Assembly: GCA_002633005.1 (NCBI GenBank)
Contig: NMRA01000202.1
Coordinates: 521,626-585,625, forward strand
Direction of reading: 5' to 3'
Length of the DNA stretch: 64,000 nucleotides
DNA from: Phoronis australis
Taxonomy: Eukaryota > Animalia > Phoronida
Part shown: piece by piece, positions 27,725 through 41,544 of the stretch
Layout: each line of letters begins with the position of its first letter
How positions within the stretch are numbered: position 1 is the first letter of the stretch
The notes under the pieces: model-generated
What the model was told of the DNA's origin: nothing
Databases searched by the model: none
What the model saw: only the letters and a program-made list of their open reading frames with translations
Program-made: the position numbers and the translations under genes

Positions 27725-28413
27725 GTTCCATTTGTGAATTGAAGCGACTGAGATATCGGCTATGATCTCAGGTAGCCCTGTAACAAGCCAGAATTTAAAA
27801 AAAAAGTGTAGGTTGACAGTATTTTGGACCACATTATTAGAATCTGTATGAAATTGGCTTTCAGAATCTATCGTTGGCTTACTATGTCACGCATCCCCAG
27901 GAAGGTGGTTGTGGGGTGAAAAGGTGCCCAGACAAAAATACAACACAGAATAAGGTTTCATTTCTGCGGTGCTCATCTATAGGGCTTGTGATGTGAACTG
28001 GTTCAAAATTGTTCATTCTCTGCGTACGGTTTTTGAAAGAGTGAAAAAGGTGACAAGCCCATTGATGTATGTTCTGCCAGGCAATTCCCAGCAAGAACTG
28101 CTCTGTGCCCCCATCAGCTTGTTCGTAAATCAAGCCTGGTTATAGCTTAACCGATCAGCGCCATCTTGAGGCTTGGTGACGAGGCTGGTTCTTGTGCGTT
28201 TTACTATGTTAGCATCTTCTGCTCGCTTCGTTTCGAACACCATGAAAAACAATCTAGCTCTATGGTGCTCAGTGGCGCAATTGGAAACGGATATATGTAA
28301 CCGCTGCACATGAACTTCGTGTTGTGTAAGTGGCTGCATTAGCACTATAGCCTAATGATCACATTCATTGATAAACTAATGTGAATTCCATCTGGTGGTC
28401 ATTGTTATAGAGC

Positions 28414-28476
28414 GGGAGAGAGAGGGAGAGGGAGGGGGAAGGGAGAGAGAGGGAGGGGTGAGGGAGGGGAGGGAGA
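28414..28476 (+). repeat. GA/GGGA-rich microsatellite
   Basis: Directly visible simple repeat. Confidence 0.85.
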
Positions 28477-31400
28477 CAAGCAAAGTAATAGGCAGGGTAT
28501 TAATCAGTCTGTTCTTCTTGGGCCAGCAATCACTTCTATTCTGAGTGGAAAAAGACAGTTCGAATTTATAGCAGTAAATGGTTTAACCAAACGCTGCATA
28601 TTGACAAAAGGCGTGATTTCATTCATCACCCCTTTTAATTTTCTAACAGTGACGTTCGTGCACCATACGTAGCAGTTAAATTTTCCCTCGTAAATTCGCA
28701 CGACGTAGTATTTCGATGTAAAGTGATTTAAATAAAGATTTACAATATATATCGATGCTGATGAAGAGGTTCGCAACAATCAAAACGTACATGTATGACA
28801 TGTACATGTGGGATCGTCCAGCTGAATGCTTGCGTAGCATGAAACATGCCGTTCGGTGTAAAATGTGCTCCAAACCCTAATCTTTAAGAGCTAAGCGTCG
28901 CGTTCATCAAGTCAAAAATAAACATTAGATAAGTCAAAATGTCTAAACTTAATCCCACCAGACTCTGTTTAATACCTTCCATTACCACTTATCAATATAA
29001 GCAAAAAACCTTAAACAGTGCTTGTGATGTCATCAGAAGCCATTCACGGCTGTTCATTCTAATTAAGTAGAAAATGTCGCCAATACATGTAAATAGCAAT
29101 TGAGTGAATTTCGCCTACTTTTGGACAATGTGATTGATGAAAAAGTGATAGATTAGTGAAGATTCCTCATGAATGTTTGGAATAATTATAATTTATCAGA
29201 CGGATGTTTAAATTCGAAAGGTCCCGTATATAAGCTATTCTGAGAAACACGGGAGTAACAAAATACAGGTTTGTTTGATTGATCTGTGGTAATAGTATTG
29301 GGAAGACTAATGAATATGTCACAAAAATGAGGTTCGTCCCCTAAATTCAGCTGTGAACGCGTTCCTCAGAGTGCAATACACCAAAGTATTTTACTTACGT
29401 CAGTGGCCCTTATCGCACTTATCAAGCACTACCTCGATTTTTTGTTTCAACGCATGTAATCTATTTAGTCGATATGCAACAGAGGTCACGCTCAGGGTCA
29501 TTTATTACCTGCCACCGATGTCGTCTTAGAGATTTGATGTACTGTCCCACCTTTCTTCTAGGTCCACAATACGGACTGGAGTCTAATGAACACGCAAAGT
29601 ACTTAAATAGAAACTCTGAAGTCAGCGGGTCGCGAATCGACGGGAGCGAGGTGCAACTGTTTTTCAACTTCAATAATTTCTCGCAAGCTCATGCAGGGCC
29701 TGTGCTGTATGTTGGTTGGGTTGTTGTGGGTCTTTTTTCCTTTTTTGGGTGACTACCGTTGAATCTTTGTCGAAAGTGACAAGGGACCCCGAGGTTGTTC
29801 GACCAGGTTTCTGACGGGGCATGGTGTATGTGGAAAAGTAGGAGAGTGGACGCAAAACGGGAGAGTCTCCAAGCAAAATTCACCTTTGTGTTGGGATTTG
29901 TTCCAGTGAGATTCGTTGCAGTTGAATTTTCAACCCATTTCGCCAGAAACAGCACAGAAAGAATGCATGTAGTCAAAATGCGAACAACATTAGCAAAAAG
30001 TAAAAAGTAGGTTAAAGTGTAATTCCTTCTGTAGATTTATGCGTTTGGAAAATAACCTTTTGTAGCCCGACATGTACAAACTGTGTTGGAAAACGTATTC
30101 TTTCGTAAGGAATTTTGCCAGGAACGACATCCTTTTGTCGTGAAGTTAGTCGTGGAAATGTAGACATTCTAAGCGTTGGAGTAAAAACGTAAATCCCAAA
30201 TACACACATGAATCTTATAGTTTGTTATTTTTCAAACAACAGTGTAAAGTTATTCCAATAAGTCGGGGGACCGAATCTGTTTTATGCTCTAACAATAGTC
30301 AAAAGATCATTCGGGGAATTGACAGCTTGGAAAGACAAATTCACGAAACAACTTTGAACAGGATCCGTGATAATAGTTTTGAAGTGAAGCGACTAAAACG
30401 TCTGATTCAAAAGTAATTCGACTCACAATCTGATCTCAACATGCAAGTCGCGCTCAAGATTTCGAATAATACGCATACATGATGAAAACTGTACAAGCCG
30501 CCGAAACCTATGGAAATAAAGATCACCATTTGTCATGGGTGATCGGTTATCTGTTGAGTTACAAAACAGCTCACCAGAGGCAAAGTCACCTCTATCTTAA
30601 ACACGTAGTTATTGTGCAGGAACCTTAGTTTGCAATAGCCGAAATCAAACGAATTTTTGTTTGTTTGTCCCCGGAGTAGTACTTCAAAGCGCAGAGAGCA
30701 TTAAGTGATTACACAACATAAAAAATTTTGCTCCATTCTCCGTGTGGCGTTTGTTTTTGACAAAAAGCGGCTGTCTGGCTCTGTGACGGAAATCAGCTGC
30801 AGTTTTCCACAACCTGATTGCAATCTTTATTTAATGAAGGTTAAAATACTCCCATTAAACAGCATCAGTTATAAATAATAGATTGTCAGTCAATAGATAG
30901 TGTCAAGAGGGATATTTTTAGCGAAGCACACAGCGAAATTTACGGGGGGTTACAGTAGGAGTTACGGCACCCAACTTTAATTGCCGATTGGCAGGCAAAT
31001 GGCAAAACAGGTGCTTTTGCAGGGATAGCGTCAATGAGTGGAACGTGTGGTCAATGGTAAGGCATGACCGACTATCAATTTGTTGACGACCGATGGAATC
31101 GGGAGACCTGAAAATTGAAGCATGCTATTGGTGGTGACCAAGTGAAACGAATTTGGGTGCGAAAAGAATGTGGAGCGTATTTTTTTCAAAAGAGTAGTTT
31201 CGCCTTTAAACCAATTGAAACGTGGACGGAAAATCACAATAAAACTCACCTCAACTGAAGAAAGTGGAAGTGGTCACAGGTTGAATGACAATTTTGCCAT
31301 GCAGCCGGTTAAGAACAACGGCAAACACGAGGGCATCAACACGCTACTCTACACTAATCTGATGTGCTTCATGATTCTCACGAATTCTTGAAATCTATAC

Positions 31401-33115
31401 TGTTGCTGCCCTTGCTGAAAGCTGTTGCCTCTGGAGGAAAAACTGAATCTCACAATCGAGTCTATAATAACCGTTCGACATATGGCAGTGATATCTCCAT
31501 AAAGTGAATGTGTTTGAAACGACGCGATGTTCGCTTATAAGGGCCGTTCATGAGGACGAATGCTGGCGGCAGTTCTCGCTCGGCTCGCAATCGTCTCCGC
31601 GATAAGGACCTTTAAACGTGCATCATTAAATAAAGCAATGATAATACGCGGCACAACACGAAATCGTTAATGCAAGATTCATGATAACTATGAGAACATA
31701 CGATTTTCGTTTCATGTATAAATCAAAGGTTGGTATTTACTGCGCTCACGAAAAAAATGAGTGTTCATGCGAGTGTCATTATTGTGTTGATAAAAATGTA
31801 AATAAAACATTACAATTCTTATTGTGTGATATGTAATGTATTTATCTTGTAACAATGAAACCACCTTGTATCAAGCAATGGAATTTACGCACGACTGCGC
31901 CTTTTGTCATAGGTTTAATTTAAGCTTTCACCAAGTTTTTTACAACAGATAATGAATCCATTTGATGCTGGCAACGATATCAGAGTATCGACATTGCTCC
32001 GTGGTGCACTGTTGAAAAATCGTATACGACAAAAGGTCATTGTATATACACTGAAATTATTTATGCGATCTCTCATAGGATTCCTTCGACAAAACGGAGT
32101 GACTGAATGGTTCTCTTTAGTTAAAATATTGTTGATTAAAACGCAGCCATATTGGCAATGCAGGGATCCGGAGCGGAAAGTTTGCTATCTCAAATTCTAA
32201 TTGTTAACATCAGATCCTGCCGTAGCACCTATGTACTATGCCGGATGTCATTTGTAGTGCACTACAATCGTAAGCAGGTCCAAATTCTGTTTATTGGTTA
32301 TTGATGCTTTTGGTTTAAGGTTGTTTCGTAAAGCAACTTCCTAACTCAGTCATATCTGGTTGAATTCTATCATTTACTATAATCGTGAAATTCCACCTCC
32401 TGTTTAATCATTTGCCTGAGGCCGTTAATACGTCAGTGCTAATTTACATAATTTTTTGAGTGCTGTCATCTCCTTGTCTGCTTCCCGTCCTATCTGACTC
32501 TCTCCTTCTCTAACTCCTTCACCTCCCTGTTGCCACTCGCCCACTCCGCCACTCGCCCACTCACTCACGCCCACCTTCAACAGGCTGTTGGTTGATAGTT
32601 CATCAACTTTTAAAGTACTCCAGAGAACAGGAGATAAGAGATATCGTATACAGAGCTTTTATATTACAATGCTCATATTACTAATTGGGCATACGATCGA
32701 AGAGTACAAATAAAGCTTTACCTAACTGTAAATATTTAGCTAATAACCATATGAGACGGAGCATCGGATAACAACTTGCCATGTGACTGAATGTTGGCCT
32801 CTCCAACAGAATGTTCACTTTTTGCATAACTACGGTGTGAATGGGAGAATTTAACTCTTCAAAGGGTGCCGTTTAAAATTCGAGACTTAGATGTCAGGGA
32901 TGACAGTAATAAGCTTGAGTAACAGATGCAGCGACAATTCAACTAGCTAGTTTTAAAATGCAAATACAGTTCTGACCAAAGCGTTTCAGTCTAGCAGTTA
33001 AAGTGATTATAAACTGGTCTTCTGCCACTAAAAAATGATTTAGACCACTTACCGTTAACAAATTGTCCCTTGGTTAAAATAAAGTTGAATTCTGGGATTG
33101 CAAAGAACTGGCGGT

Positions 33116-33203
33116 TCGTTATTGCTTGAGACCAGGCTTGTGACAAGTTGACTTGTCACGGTGTGATATTTTATTTGACACGCATGGTCTCGAGGAATAA
33201 CGA
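33116..33203. repeat. Small inverted-repeat element
   Basis: TCGTTATTGCTTGAGACCA / TGGTCTCGAGGAATAACGA with inner hairpin GTGACAAG-TTGA-CTTGTCAC. Confidence 0.6.
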
Positions 33204-35496
33204 CCAAGACTAAAAATCACTTCTCATTTGAATAAGTAAAAAATGAGACAAATTTTATAGCGGTTAATAATCCAAATAAAAATAATTTAATTTCTTTGAC
33301 ATTACACACGTCGCTTTAATTTCACCAAGCGAATTCATAAGGCTGGAATTGCAGGTACTAGGCAAATTCTTGAAACACTATCTGTTGAGTTAATTACCTC
33401 TTGACCGTTTCATCTCCTTGCATCAATCATCTTCAGAAGCTAGTGACAACTACGTGAGGTGGTGAGCAGGCTATTCCAACCCCTGGATAACTTCATCTAC
33501 TCTCCCTCGTCTCCGTTCATGACATTGACAATGTTGCTAACACAGATAGGCTCTTACGTTCTTCTGGCATCCTCCCAGATGTGATAACAAGCCAACTGCT
33601 TGGAGACTATAGTCTTTCAGCAGTTAATTAATAAATTCTAGGTGACCAACTCGAACCGACTAAAAGTTTTGAAATATGAGTGTGTCACTTCATAATAAAA
33701 GTTGAACATGACACTGACCTAGTTCGCTTTGTTCATGACGTTCCAGGCGAGCAAACTGCACGGCTGGGCTTCCCATTTCTAAAAGTTAGCCTGCTTGAGA
33801 ATGTACAATGCGGAGAGTTTTACTCTTGCCCTGTTCATTCGTCGCTGTTGCATGTGAACCATAATTATTGTAATAAAGCGATACACGTTATCTTGGTTTT
33901 GATTAAAAATATTGCTCCATATAAACGGTATGATGAAAAGTGCCTACCAGCATTCATTATACTACAAGGAAATACAACCATGTCACTCGGCTTCAACACA
34001 CCAAACATAATAAAAGGCCCATCTAGCGCTTAATTTAAGCGTTTGAAATGACTTAGAATAAACACTCGTCCAATCGTTTTTATTTTATTTGTTATTATAA
34101 CTTCAACATAGCAAATTTTTAATTTAGTTGGTATGTACAGGTAATTAGTCATCCATGTTAGTCGAGTGCAAACTAGAATATAAATAACAAAATGTGGAAG
34201 ACGAAGTGTCAATCAGGTAAGAGTTCTGCATTACACTATGCTAGAAATGACACGTCATAGATCTAATCCATGCATTGTTCCCACGGTGCTTTTTGAACAA
34301 TTTATGGCCGGGAGGCCAAGGTGCCCTTACTCCCACAGGCACTACTAAGTTAAAAACGCCGTTTCCACGCCATTTGTGGCGCTTACACGGACTTCGAATC
34401 AGAGTTATTCCCACTTGGCTTGTAGGATCCTAGACCTGCCAGTTTGATGGCATTTTTACACGCCCACATATTGACGTCAACCTCGTGCGTCCGGCGTCCG
34501 TTCTATGTCTGTCCGTCCGGCGTCCGCGGATCTATCTCCAAGTCCCCTCCAGACTTTTTGCAGACATACATTCATAAGGATGGCGACAAGAGCGTGCACA
34601 TGCGGCTGTCGTTTTACCTCCCAATTGCAATTTTGGCGTTTCTTTTACGTTATTCTCTATATCTACTGAGTTCCTTGACGCATTTTTACGAAATTTGGTA
34701 ATGATGTTTCTATTATGGAGATAAGGACACCTTCCCATTTTCAGCGGACAGACGTATTCTACGTAATTGAGCCCGCTAGTCCCAATTCTATCATTTTTGC
34801 ACCTGTTTTTGTTATCCGACAGTTTACCCGTCAAACCGCTACAAAGATCATCATGAAATCTCACAAAAATGTACCTATTGAGATGATTGCGGCCGTCACT
34901 GATTTTCTAATCGGTGGAACTAATGTAGCGCCCCTTGTGGCAACAAGTTTTCGTTGCGTAGGTCTCTATGTCAACCAGTTTGTTACACGGGTTTTCATCA
35001 TTTTTGGCAAATAGGTTTCTATTACACTTACTCATTTCCAAAGTGAATGAAGTATCGTGAAATTTTACAGATTTGTTCCTATCAAGATGATGACGACTGA
35101 CGTAGGTTTTAGTACGTGTGCAACTACTGTGGCGCACGCTGGTGGCAAATTTGTTTTTTTTTGCATGTGTCAAGAACCTAGATGTATTTTTGTGAAATTT
35201 GGTATGTGTACGTGCAACGACGTAGATATTAGACTAGTCTGGCCACTGTAACGTCCCATAGAGGCAATTTAGCTTTGCGTATGGATCTGAATCTATCAAG
35301 TTCCTTGATGGATATTCACAAATTTGGCAAACAAATTTCTGTTAAGGAGGCGACAGCACTTTTGTCGGACGGATTTGGCTTTTGCATCCCTAGTGACTTT
35401 TTTATTTTATAAGTTACATGATACTAAATGATGCATACTGTTAGCAGTGCAGTTGATGACTGTCACGTTTTTCCCCGTGTGTGGTTTGGCACAGGT

Positions 35497-36146
35497 TGTC
35501 ACAGACCGGTGCTAATAGCTTTTGGAGCGACGATAGACTGAAGACTGGTTCGAGTTAATCATTTTATTAATCTCGATCATTCGTTCACAAGCCTACTCAA
35601 ACAAAACGTCCCACGTAATGTCTGTTTTATGCTCCAGCCAGTGCTGTGAAACCTTGACTTGTGATGACCATCTGCGACACTTTCAGCAACTGTTACAGTC
35701 GTTGATTCAATAACCTGCTGTCTTAATAGCTGGCTCTATATTGACTCTCGCTTTAACTGCTGGTTATTTTCAGTGCAACTCAGCTGCAACTCTATTGTAA
35801 CTAACGTTACTGATTTTCAACTTACTGTCACAAACTCGTGTATGGGTACTTATAGTCTCATGCAATGTTCTAGAACTTTTCATCAATTCAAGCACATCCT
35901 AGAACTTTCTGGACTCAACCCAATCATTCTACAAACATATACTAGGCTCTACAATGTTCCAGATTACATTAGTCACTTACATGCTAGAAGCTTCTAGAAT
36001 GTTCCATACTATTCTTTGGTAAACAAATTACATCATTAATATTCTGACCTCAGGAGTCATTTCAATCAATAAGTATTTTCTAGAACACAAACAGAACAAT
36101 AGAACAAAATAATAAAACTAAGAACAATGTAAATTCAATCCTGACA
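35497..36146 (-). mobile_element. Solo LTR (650 bp, probably Gypsy/Ty3-type)
   Basis: TGTCA...TGACA termini and near-matching 4-bp flanks AGGT/AGGA. In minus-strand order: HSE cluster, TATAAG (35854-35849), then AATAAA (35568-35563), consistent with U3-R-U5. Confidence 0.75.
35867..36086. promoter_or_regulatory. Heat-shock element cluster in LTR U3
   Basis: Perfect four-unit aGAAg cTTCt aGAAt gTTCc at 35986-36005. Further gTTCt aGAAc (35867), aGAAc tTTCt (35901) and tTTCt aGAAc (36077). Confidence 0.65.
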
Positions 36147-38697
36147 AGGACGCATTTCAGTGCTTCGCTTTGTTCTAGTTATGAATGCCACCAGGAAGTT
36201 AAATATGTGTAGGTGCTCTCTCTCTCGCCTTCCAACGAACGTTTCTGCACTTGATTTTATGCAAATCGCGTTTAAACAACTAGGCCTACTTGCGCCCTCA
36301 TCCGTATCAAATTCGTGTCACGGACCGCTGAAGTATGTTATTTGAGAATTCTTTAATTCTACTGCACTATTCTACCTAATTAACGGTAATGAAGGTATGT
36401 CCATCAAATTCTAAAGTGCGCACGGGAGATTGTCACGTCGACATCCTATTACGTCACAAGAAGACAGCAGTGGAGTCGCTAGGGTTGACTGTAGGGTAGG
36501 GTTGATTGTAGAAAAGCGTTGTTCGGTAGCGTACCAATCAGAATACACAAATCTGAACGCCGTCGGTAGGGTCTCACTGAGTTCTTCATGGTCGTGCTCA
36601 GGAGTCGGAATCTTCCATTGACGGGTTGTTTCATCCGCATTGCCCGATTCTCGTGTTGGCTGGAGAAACCCAGTTTTTATGTGTTCTATTTTGACCGATT
36701 TAGCTTCAAGTTCGTTATAACACCACGTAAAACCGTTTTTAAAAATCTCAAGGATTAATCTTTGGGCTGTTTGTGACATGGTTTCACCTAATGGCATAAT
36801 CTTAATTTGTTTTATTAACTGGATATGAAACTCGTGAATAGTTTGCAAGAAACACTTCAATCATTATTCTCTTGCTTTTGTTATATATTTCTTGTATATG
36901 CTATGAGATAAAGGTATTGGCCTTGACCATCAAAATTAGTTTTTAGCGGAAAATCCAGACTGGGATGTTGAGGCATTATAAACTTTCCAATCCCATTTCG
37001 TCCTTCCCCCAATAATCGCTTTTTCTCGATTTATACCAACACATTGTAAGATAGGAAGTATAGCGGTGCTGCACAACAATTTGTTACGAATCTCTTTCTA
37101 TTCAACAATTGAACATAAAATTTAGCTTCCAACATAACATTTGATTCCTGTGTTCCAAAGTTTCACTAAGGGGGCTCTCCTCAAACCCCGCCCACTTCCT
37201 CTGCTCGGCATCGTCAGTGTTATAACACAAGAACAGCCTGTGAGGATCGACTCACTTCGCCTACCTGTAGTATAAATCATTAATAGTGCGTGTATTCTTT
37301 AGTCATGTTGTTGACGCTAATTACCTTCAGCAGCCGAGTGTGGTTACATAATTGTGATTAATGTAATTTGAACTGTCTCGACTTAGATGACTAAACACCG
37401 TCTTACAAATTTTGACAAATGTTTCAAGTGCCACTAATGATTATCAGATACAGCCCCAGTTGAAACTCGGACTTTTTATGTCCTTAAGAAACCGAATAAT
37501 TGTAGATAAGGACAAGTATGATCCGCCTCGTCCTTTTGAGAGTCATGAGTTACGTGAGCGATTGTTGCCTAGGATTATAGTCCTAGCCGAGTTTTAATCC
37601 TTTCCCTTATCCAAGCGTGATCATCGCTGAGCACTGAGAGCTCCAATTTGTTGTATCTCATGCACGTGGCGAATATTTGTGGTAGGCATGAAAAAGTGCG
37701 CTCAAAGCTTCGTTTAAGTGAAAACCAATTTGTATTACTATGTGAACTATATTGTAAGGTCGACTCCGTTGAACGGCAAATGTTAATCGCTTGTAACGCT
37801 CATAAATTAGTTCATTCGATTTGTTTCTAATTAAAAACCTTATAACTGTTTGCCGCACGTTTCGGTTGTTTTAATAAACTTCGTAGCACGGGTGACGGTG
37901 AATTGCTGTGAATGTCAATATAACACGCGAGAATTATGCGAACTTAATGATATCAGATAAACAGATGGAGTCACAAGAAGAGCTTTTGTCGGAAATTGTT
38001 AAAATTTAGTTTTGATAGTAACCTCAAACGTGGCAGTACTCTAAACCTCTGTGTTGACCGTTAGTAAATTTTTGTTGACTGTTAATACTCGATGTATAAA
38101 TAGTTGTGACTTTAACAAATTTTCAACAAATGAAAGTAATTTTGTCATTCAAAGATATTTTAACATCTCGGTGAAGTTAGCTATCTACAAATGATTAGCT
38201 TACTTGTAGAAATTGGGTAGACATGTCAATCAAGACATTACTCCCAGCCAATCAGGGCGTTGAAAATGTGAGAACTACAATCGGGTCTGGCCATTTTAGT
38301 CCCACAAACATTCGTTGCTAACGAAATCAGAAAGATGATTTTCGATGAGCTGGGGGCACTTGCAATGCAGATTGACGTTTCTTTTTCATAACTAGTGTCT
38401 GGTTTTAGGCTGTCAATTAACTGAAATATGTGAGCATGTCTCGGTGACACCACACGTGACTTATGTACACGTGACCTCGCCGACAACCTAAAACTCCGTC
38501 ATATATTCTTATTTCAGTCCAGTACCTGTCCACCAGTGGTCGCCACCATGGCCTAATCATGTGAAGACAGGCATGTTCAGACGCACGTGTCCACTTTCTG
38601 TTCCGAAAATTTTACCAACCCACTACCCCTCTCCTTTGTCGCCACGTTTTACCTCTGTATTGACCATCTTACCAGCGTTCATTATTGTTGCAAATAG

Positions 38698-39005
38698 TAT
38701 TCTTTGCACTAGTATTTTATCATAATAAAGGACCTTATTTCGCCAAACCCTGTCCCTATTTCATCTCTGGTTAGGAGCTTATGGCGCACGTATTTTTATA
38801 ATATTCTTTGTGCTTGTATTTTGTCACAATAAAGGAACTTATTTCGCCAATCCCTGTCTCTATTTCATCTCTGGTTGGGAGCTTATGACGCACCTATTTT
38901 TACAATATTCTTTGTGCTTGTATTTTATCACAATAAAGTGACTTATTTCGCCAAACCCTGTCTCTGTTTCATCTCTGGTTAGGAGCTTATGACGCACGTA
39001 TTTTT
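38698..39005. repeat. Tandem repeat, 104-bp unit x ~3
   Basis: TTATTTCGCC at 38735, 38839 and 38943; TCTTTG at 38701, 38805 and 38909. Confidence 0.95.
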
Positions 39006-39283
39006 ATCGGTGGGCATGTGTCTATCAGAAAGACGCGCTTCCTCATCGTCAGCTCTCTTATAGGGTAGCTTACTAGTGCTCCTTCTAGTGTCCCTGAACC
39101 ATACAAACAATCACGGTACCTCGATGTTTGAATTCGATCTGGCACTTATGAATTAATGAAGTTCGGTTGTCAATCGGTTAGTTATCTGGAATCAAAGACT
39201 TGAAATCGTAGACGTACCTGTAGGCTGCCTCTGCGCGTAAAGAATTGTCTGCGTAGACAGATTTTTTGAACACGACTGTAGTA

Positions 39284-39425
39284 CATGGGCGGCGCAGTAC
39301 TGAAAAAGTGGGGGCTATAGCCCCCCAGCCCCCTTTGGTGCACCAACCATAGATCATGGGCGGCGCAGCACGGAAAAAAGTGGAGGGCTATAGCCCCCTC
39401 AGACCCCTATGGTGCGCCGCCCATG
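39284..39425. repeat. Head-to-tail dimer of a ~70-bp palindromic element
   Basis: CATGGGCGGCGCAG...GGTGC occurs twice. The outer ends CATGGGCGGCGCA / TGCGCCGCCCATG are inverted repeats. Confidence 0.75.
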
Positions 39426-40266
39426 ACTATTGTATGTGACTTCAAACATGTCGGATCTGTGTCTATCTAAACACTCACCGACGGAGAGCAACGCGTCGCG
39501 AATGCAAATGAGTAGACCTCGTGTAGTTCACGTTAACGTGGTTCCCAGGGCTCACACTCTGACGTCATTTATATCGTGTGAACAATCTAGAGGATCTGTA
39601 TAGGAGACAGAGTTCACCTTTGCGACGAATTGAACCGTGAGAATTTTGTCTCGCGAGGCGGTGAGGCGAATCACTTGATGGATTGCCTTACCTGGCGTCC
39701 TCACAGCATGTGTGCGAGGTGAGCTAAGTGCTTTGTCCATTACCTTAGGAAACCAATGAAAATTAATTATTGCATAACCTGCTGACAGCAAATTTTCGTC
39801 TCTGGCTCTGCCATTGTGTGCATGCATATCGTACATTTGCGTTGTTCACTTCAAGCGTTGTTAACAAGTCAGTGAGAATTTTGCATTTTGTGTGGAGCTA
39901 ACGTTGACGTAAGGTAATTTTCACAAGAGCCACATGTTTTACTCACAGTTATTTGTATGAGGTAGCGCTTCACTATTCGGCACCATTTCCGGGGCTGAGT
40001 CAAACGGATTAAAAACGGTGCCGTCTTTTCGTAAAAGCACAGGCACCTTTAAACAGCCGCTCGAAAGACACCAATATTGCCGACGAGCATGAGGCAAGCT
40101 CTTACGGATTACAGTCAACGAAAAAGCTAAAAATACACTTCAAGTCGGTAATTGCAGATATTGATACTTAATAATTTTGGGGAAGACACAGTCATTAAAA
40201 ACAAATGGAACCACCTGATTTAGACAGTATGCCTCGAATTTCAAAGCTTACTCACCTACTAACGTT

Positions 40267-40636
40267 GGGTACTGCAGATTGCGCTTTTAATGCGCATGCT
40301 CGGCATCAAATCAAAATAACAATATAAGTGGCGAAACCGGGTCCTGGTGAAGGTCTCGAAAGAAAATATTACAACACGTGTTCTCGGTAAAATGCCTTTT
40401 TGTGTTTTCATTTGAATCCAACAAAGATATTATAAGTCGGATTTTATTACAGCTCCTGTCCGCCTCCGCCTCAGTTTACTACGTTAACCAACACTGCTTG
40501 TACCAGTCGCCAACCGACTAGAGCGACGTCTTTTGTGAAAATGCCTCTGCCTCTGCCAAATGAATGTTGTCGTTTTCACTTGGTGCGAGGGTATTTTGTC
40601 GGAGCATGCGCTTAGAAAGCGCAGCTTGCAGTACCC
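40267..40636. mobile_element. MITE with ~35-bp TIRs
   Basis: GGGTACTGCAGATTGCGCTTTTAATGCGCATGCTC / GAGCATGCGCTTAGAAAGCGCAGCTTGCAGTACCC. No clear TSD. Confidence 0.7.
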
Positions 40637-41544
40637 ATCTTGATCGGCGACTCGGTGACCAAACTACATAGCCCGACCTCAATGCGTTTCTGGATTTAGC
40701 GACCCTAAAATAATCATCAGTCAGCTGTTCGGTAGTTTAAACCCTTCTCGTTGAGGTATCTCTACCAAGGGCGCAAACTATTGTTCACACGTTGCAACGT
40801 CCATGGGCCCTCGTGGTCAGTAAATGAGCTATTATCACGAAGTTCATTGTCACAAACCAAACTTATTTTTGCTCTTTTACATGAAATGGAGATATCTTAT
40901 ACTCGACTGCTCTTCATATCTGTGGAGGTGTTATTAATGGACAAAATCTGCTGAGATCAATTAGAAAGGCGTAATGGCTCACTTTCAAAGTTAATTTGCG
41001 TCAAACTCTTGGTACTGCATGTGAATTAATTGAAAACCAGGGGCGTGTTTGAAAACGACTGTCACATTCACTGGTTAGTTGGCCCTACGTCAGTAACGAT
41101 ATCTCGGAGACTCGTGTGATCTCACCAAAGTCCCCAAAAAAATATTATTGTGAAAATGAAATATCGTTAACTGAGTCGTCACACCATTCCAACTGTCACT
41201 GATTGCGCTGTCTCAGAAAAATCAATAAAGTAGAATATTTTTAGAACCAGCTTCCCGACTGCACCAAATTTATGGCTTCAATAAAAGACCGAAGCGAATT
41301 ATATAAGTTCCGCGATGGACACAGGACACGCAAGTCCGTGGCTAATTAATTCAGTACAGCAATCCTTGATACACAATTGCACTATTGATAGTGTACCTTG
41401 TTTTCAGTTACTTTATCTTATTTACTGTCAAATGGTGTTTGAATGAACCAATTGAAATTGCCATCGTAACTTTATCTCAGCAGCCATTGCTGTTTCGCCT
41501 CTTTCCTGATATTAAAAAATGTGTGTGTGGCATGGCTTACTTAA

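Noticed and set aside
33720-33860. ATNEQGKS resembling an Ig/FN3 terminal strand
   Set aside because: The motif is too short and an in-frame stop follows.
36411-36860. 149-aa minus-strand ORF, the longest outside SLC10
   Set aside because: Non-ATG start, no recognisable domain and no supporting splice sites.
38698-39005. CRISPR-like array
   Set aside because: The units are contiguous full-length repeats with no unique spacers, the context is eukaryotic and there are no cas genes.
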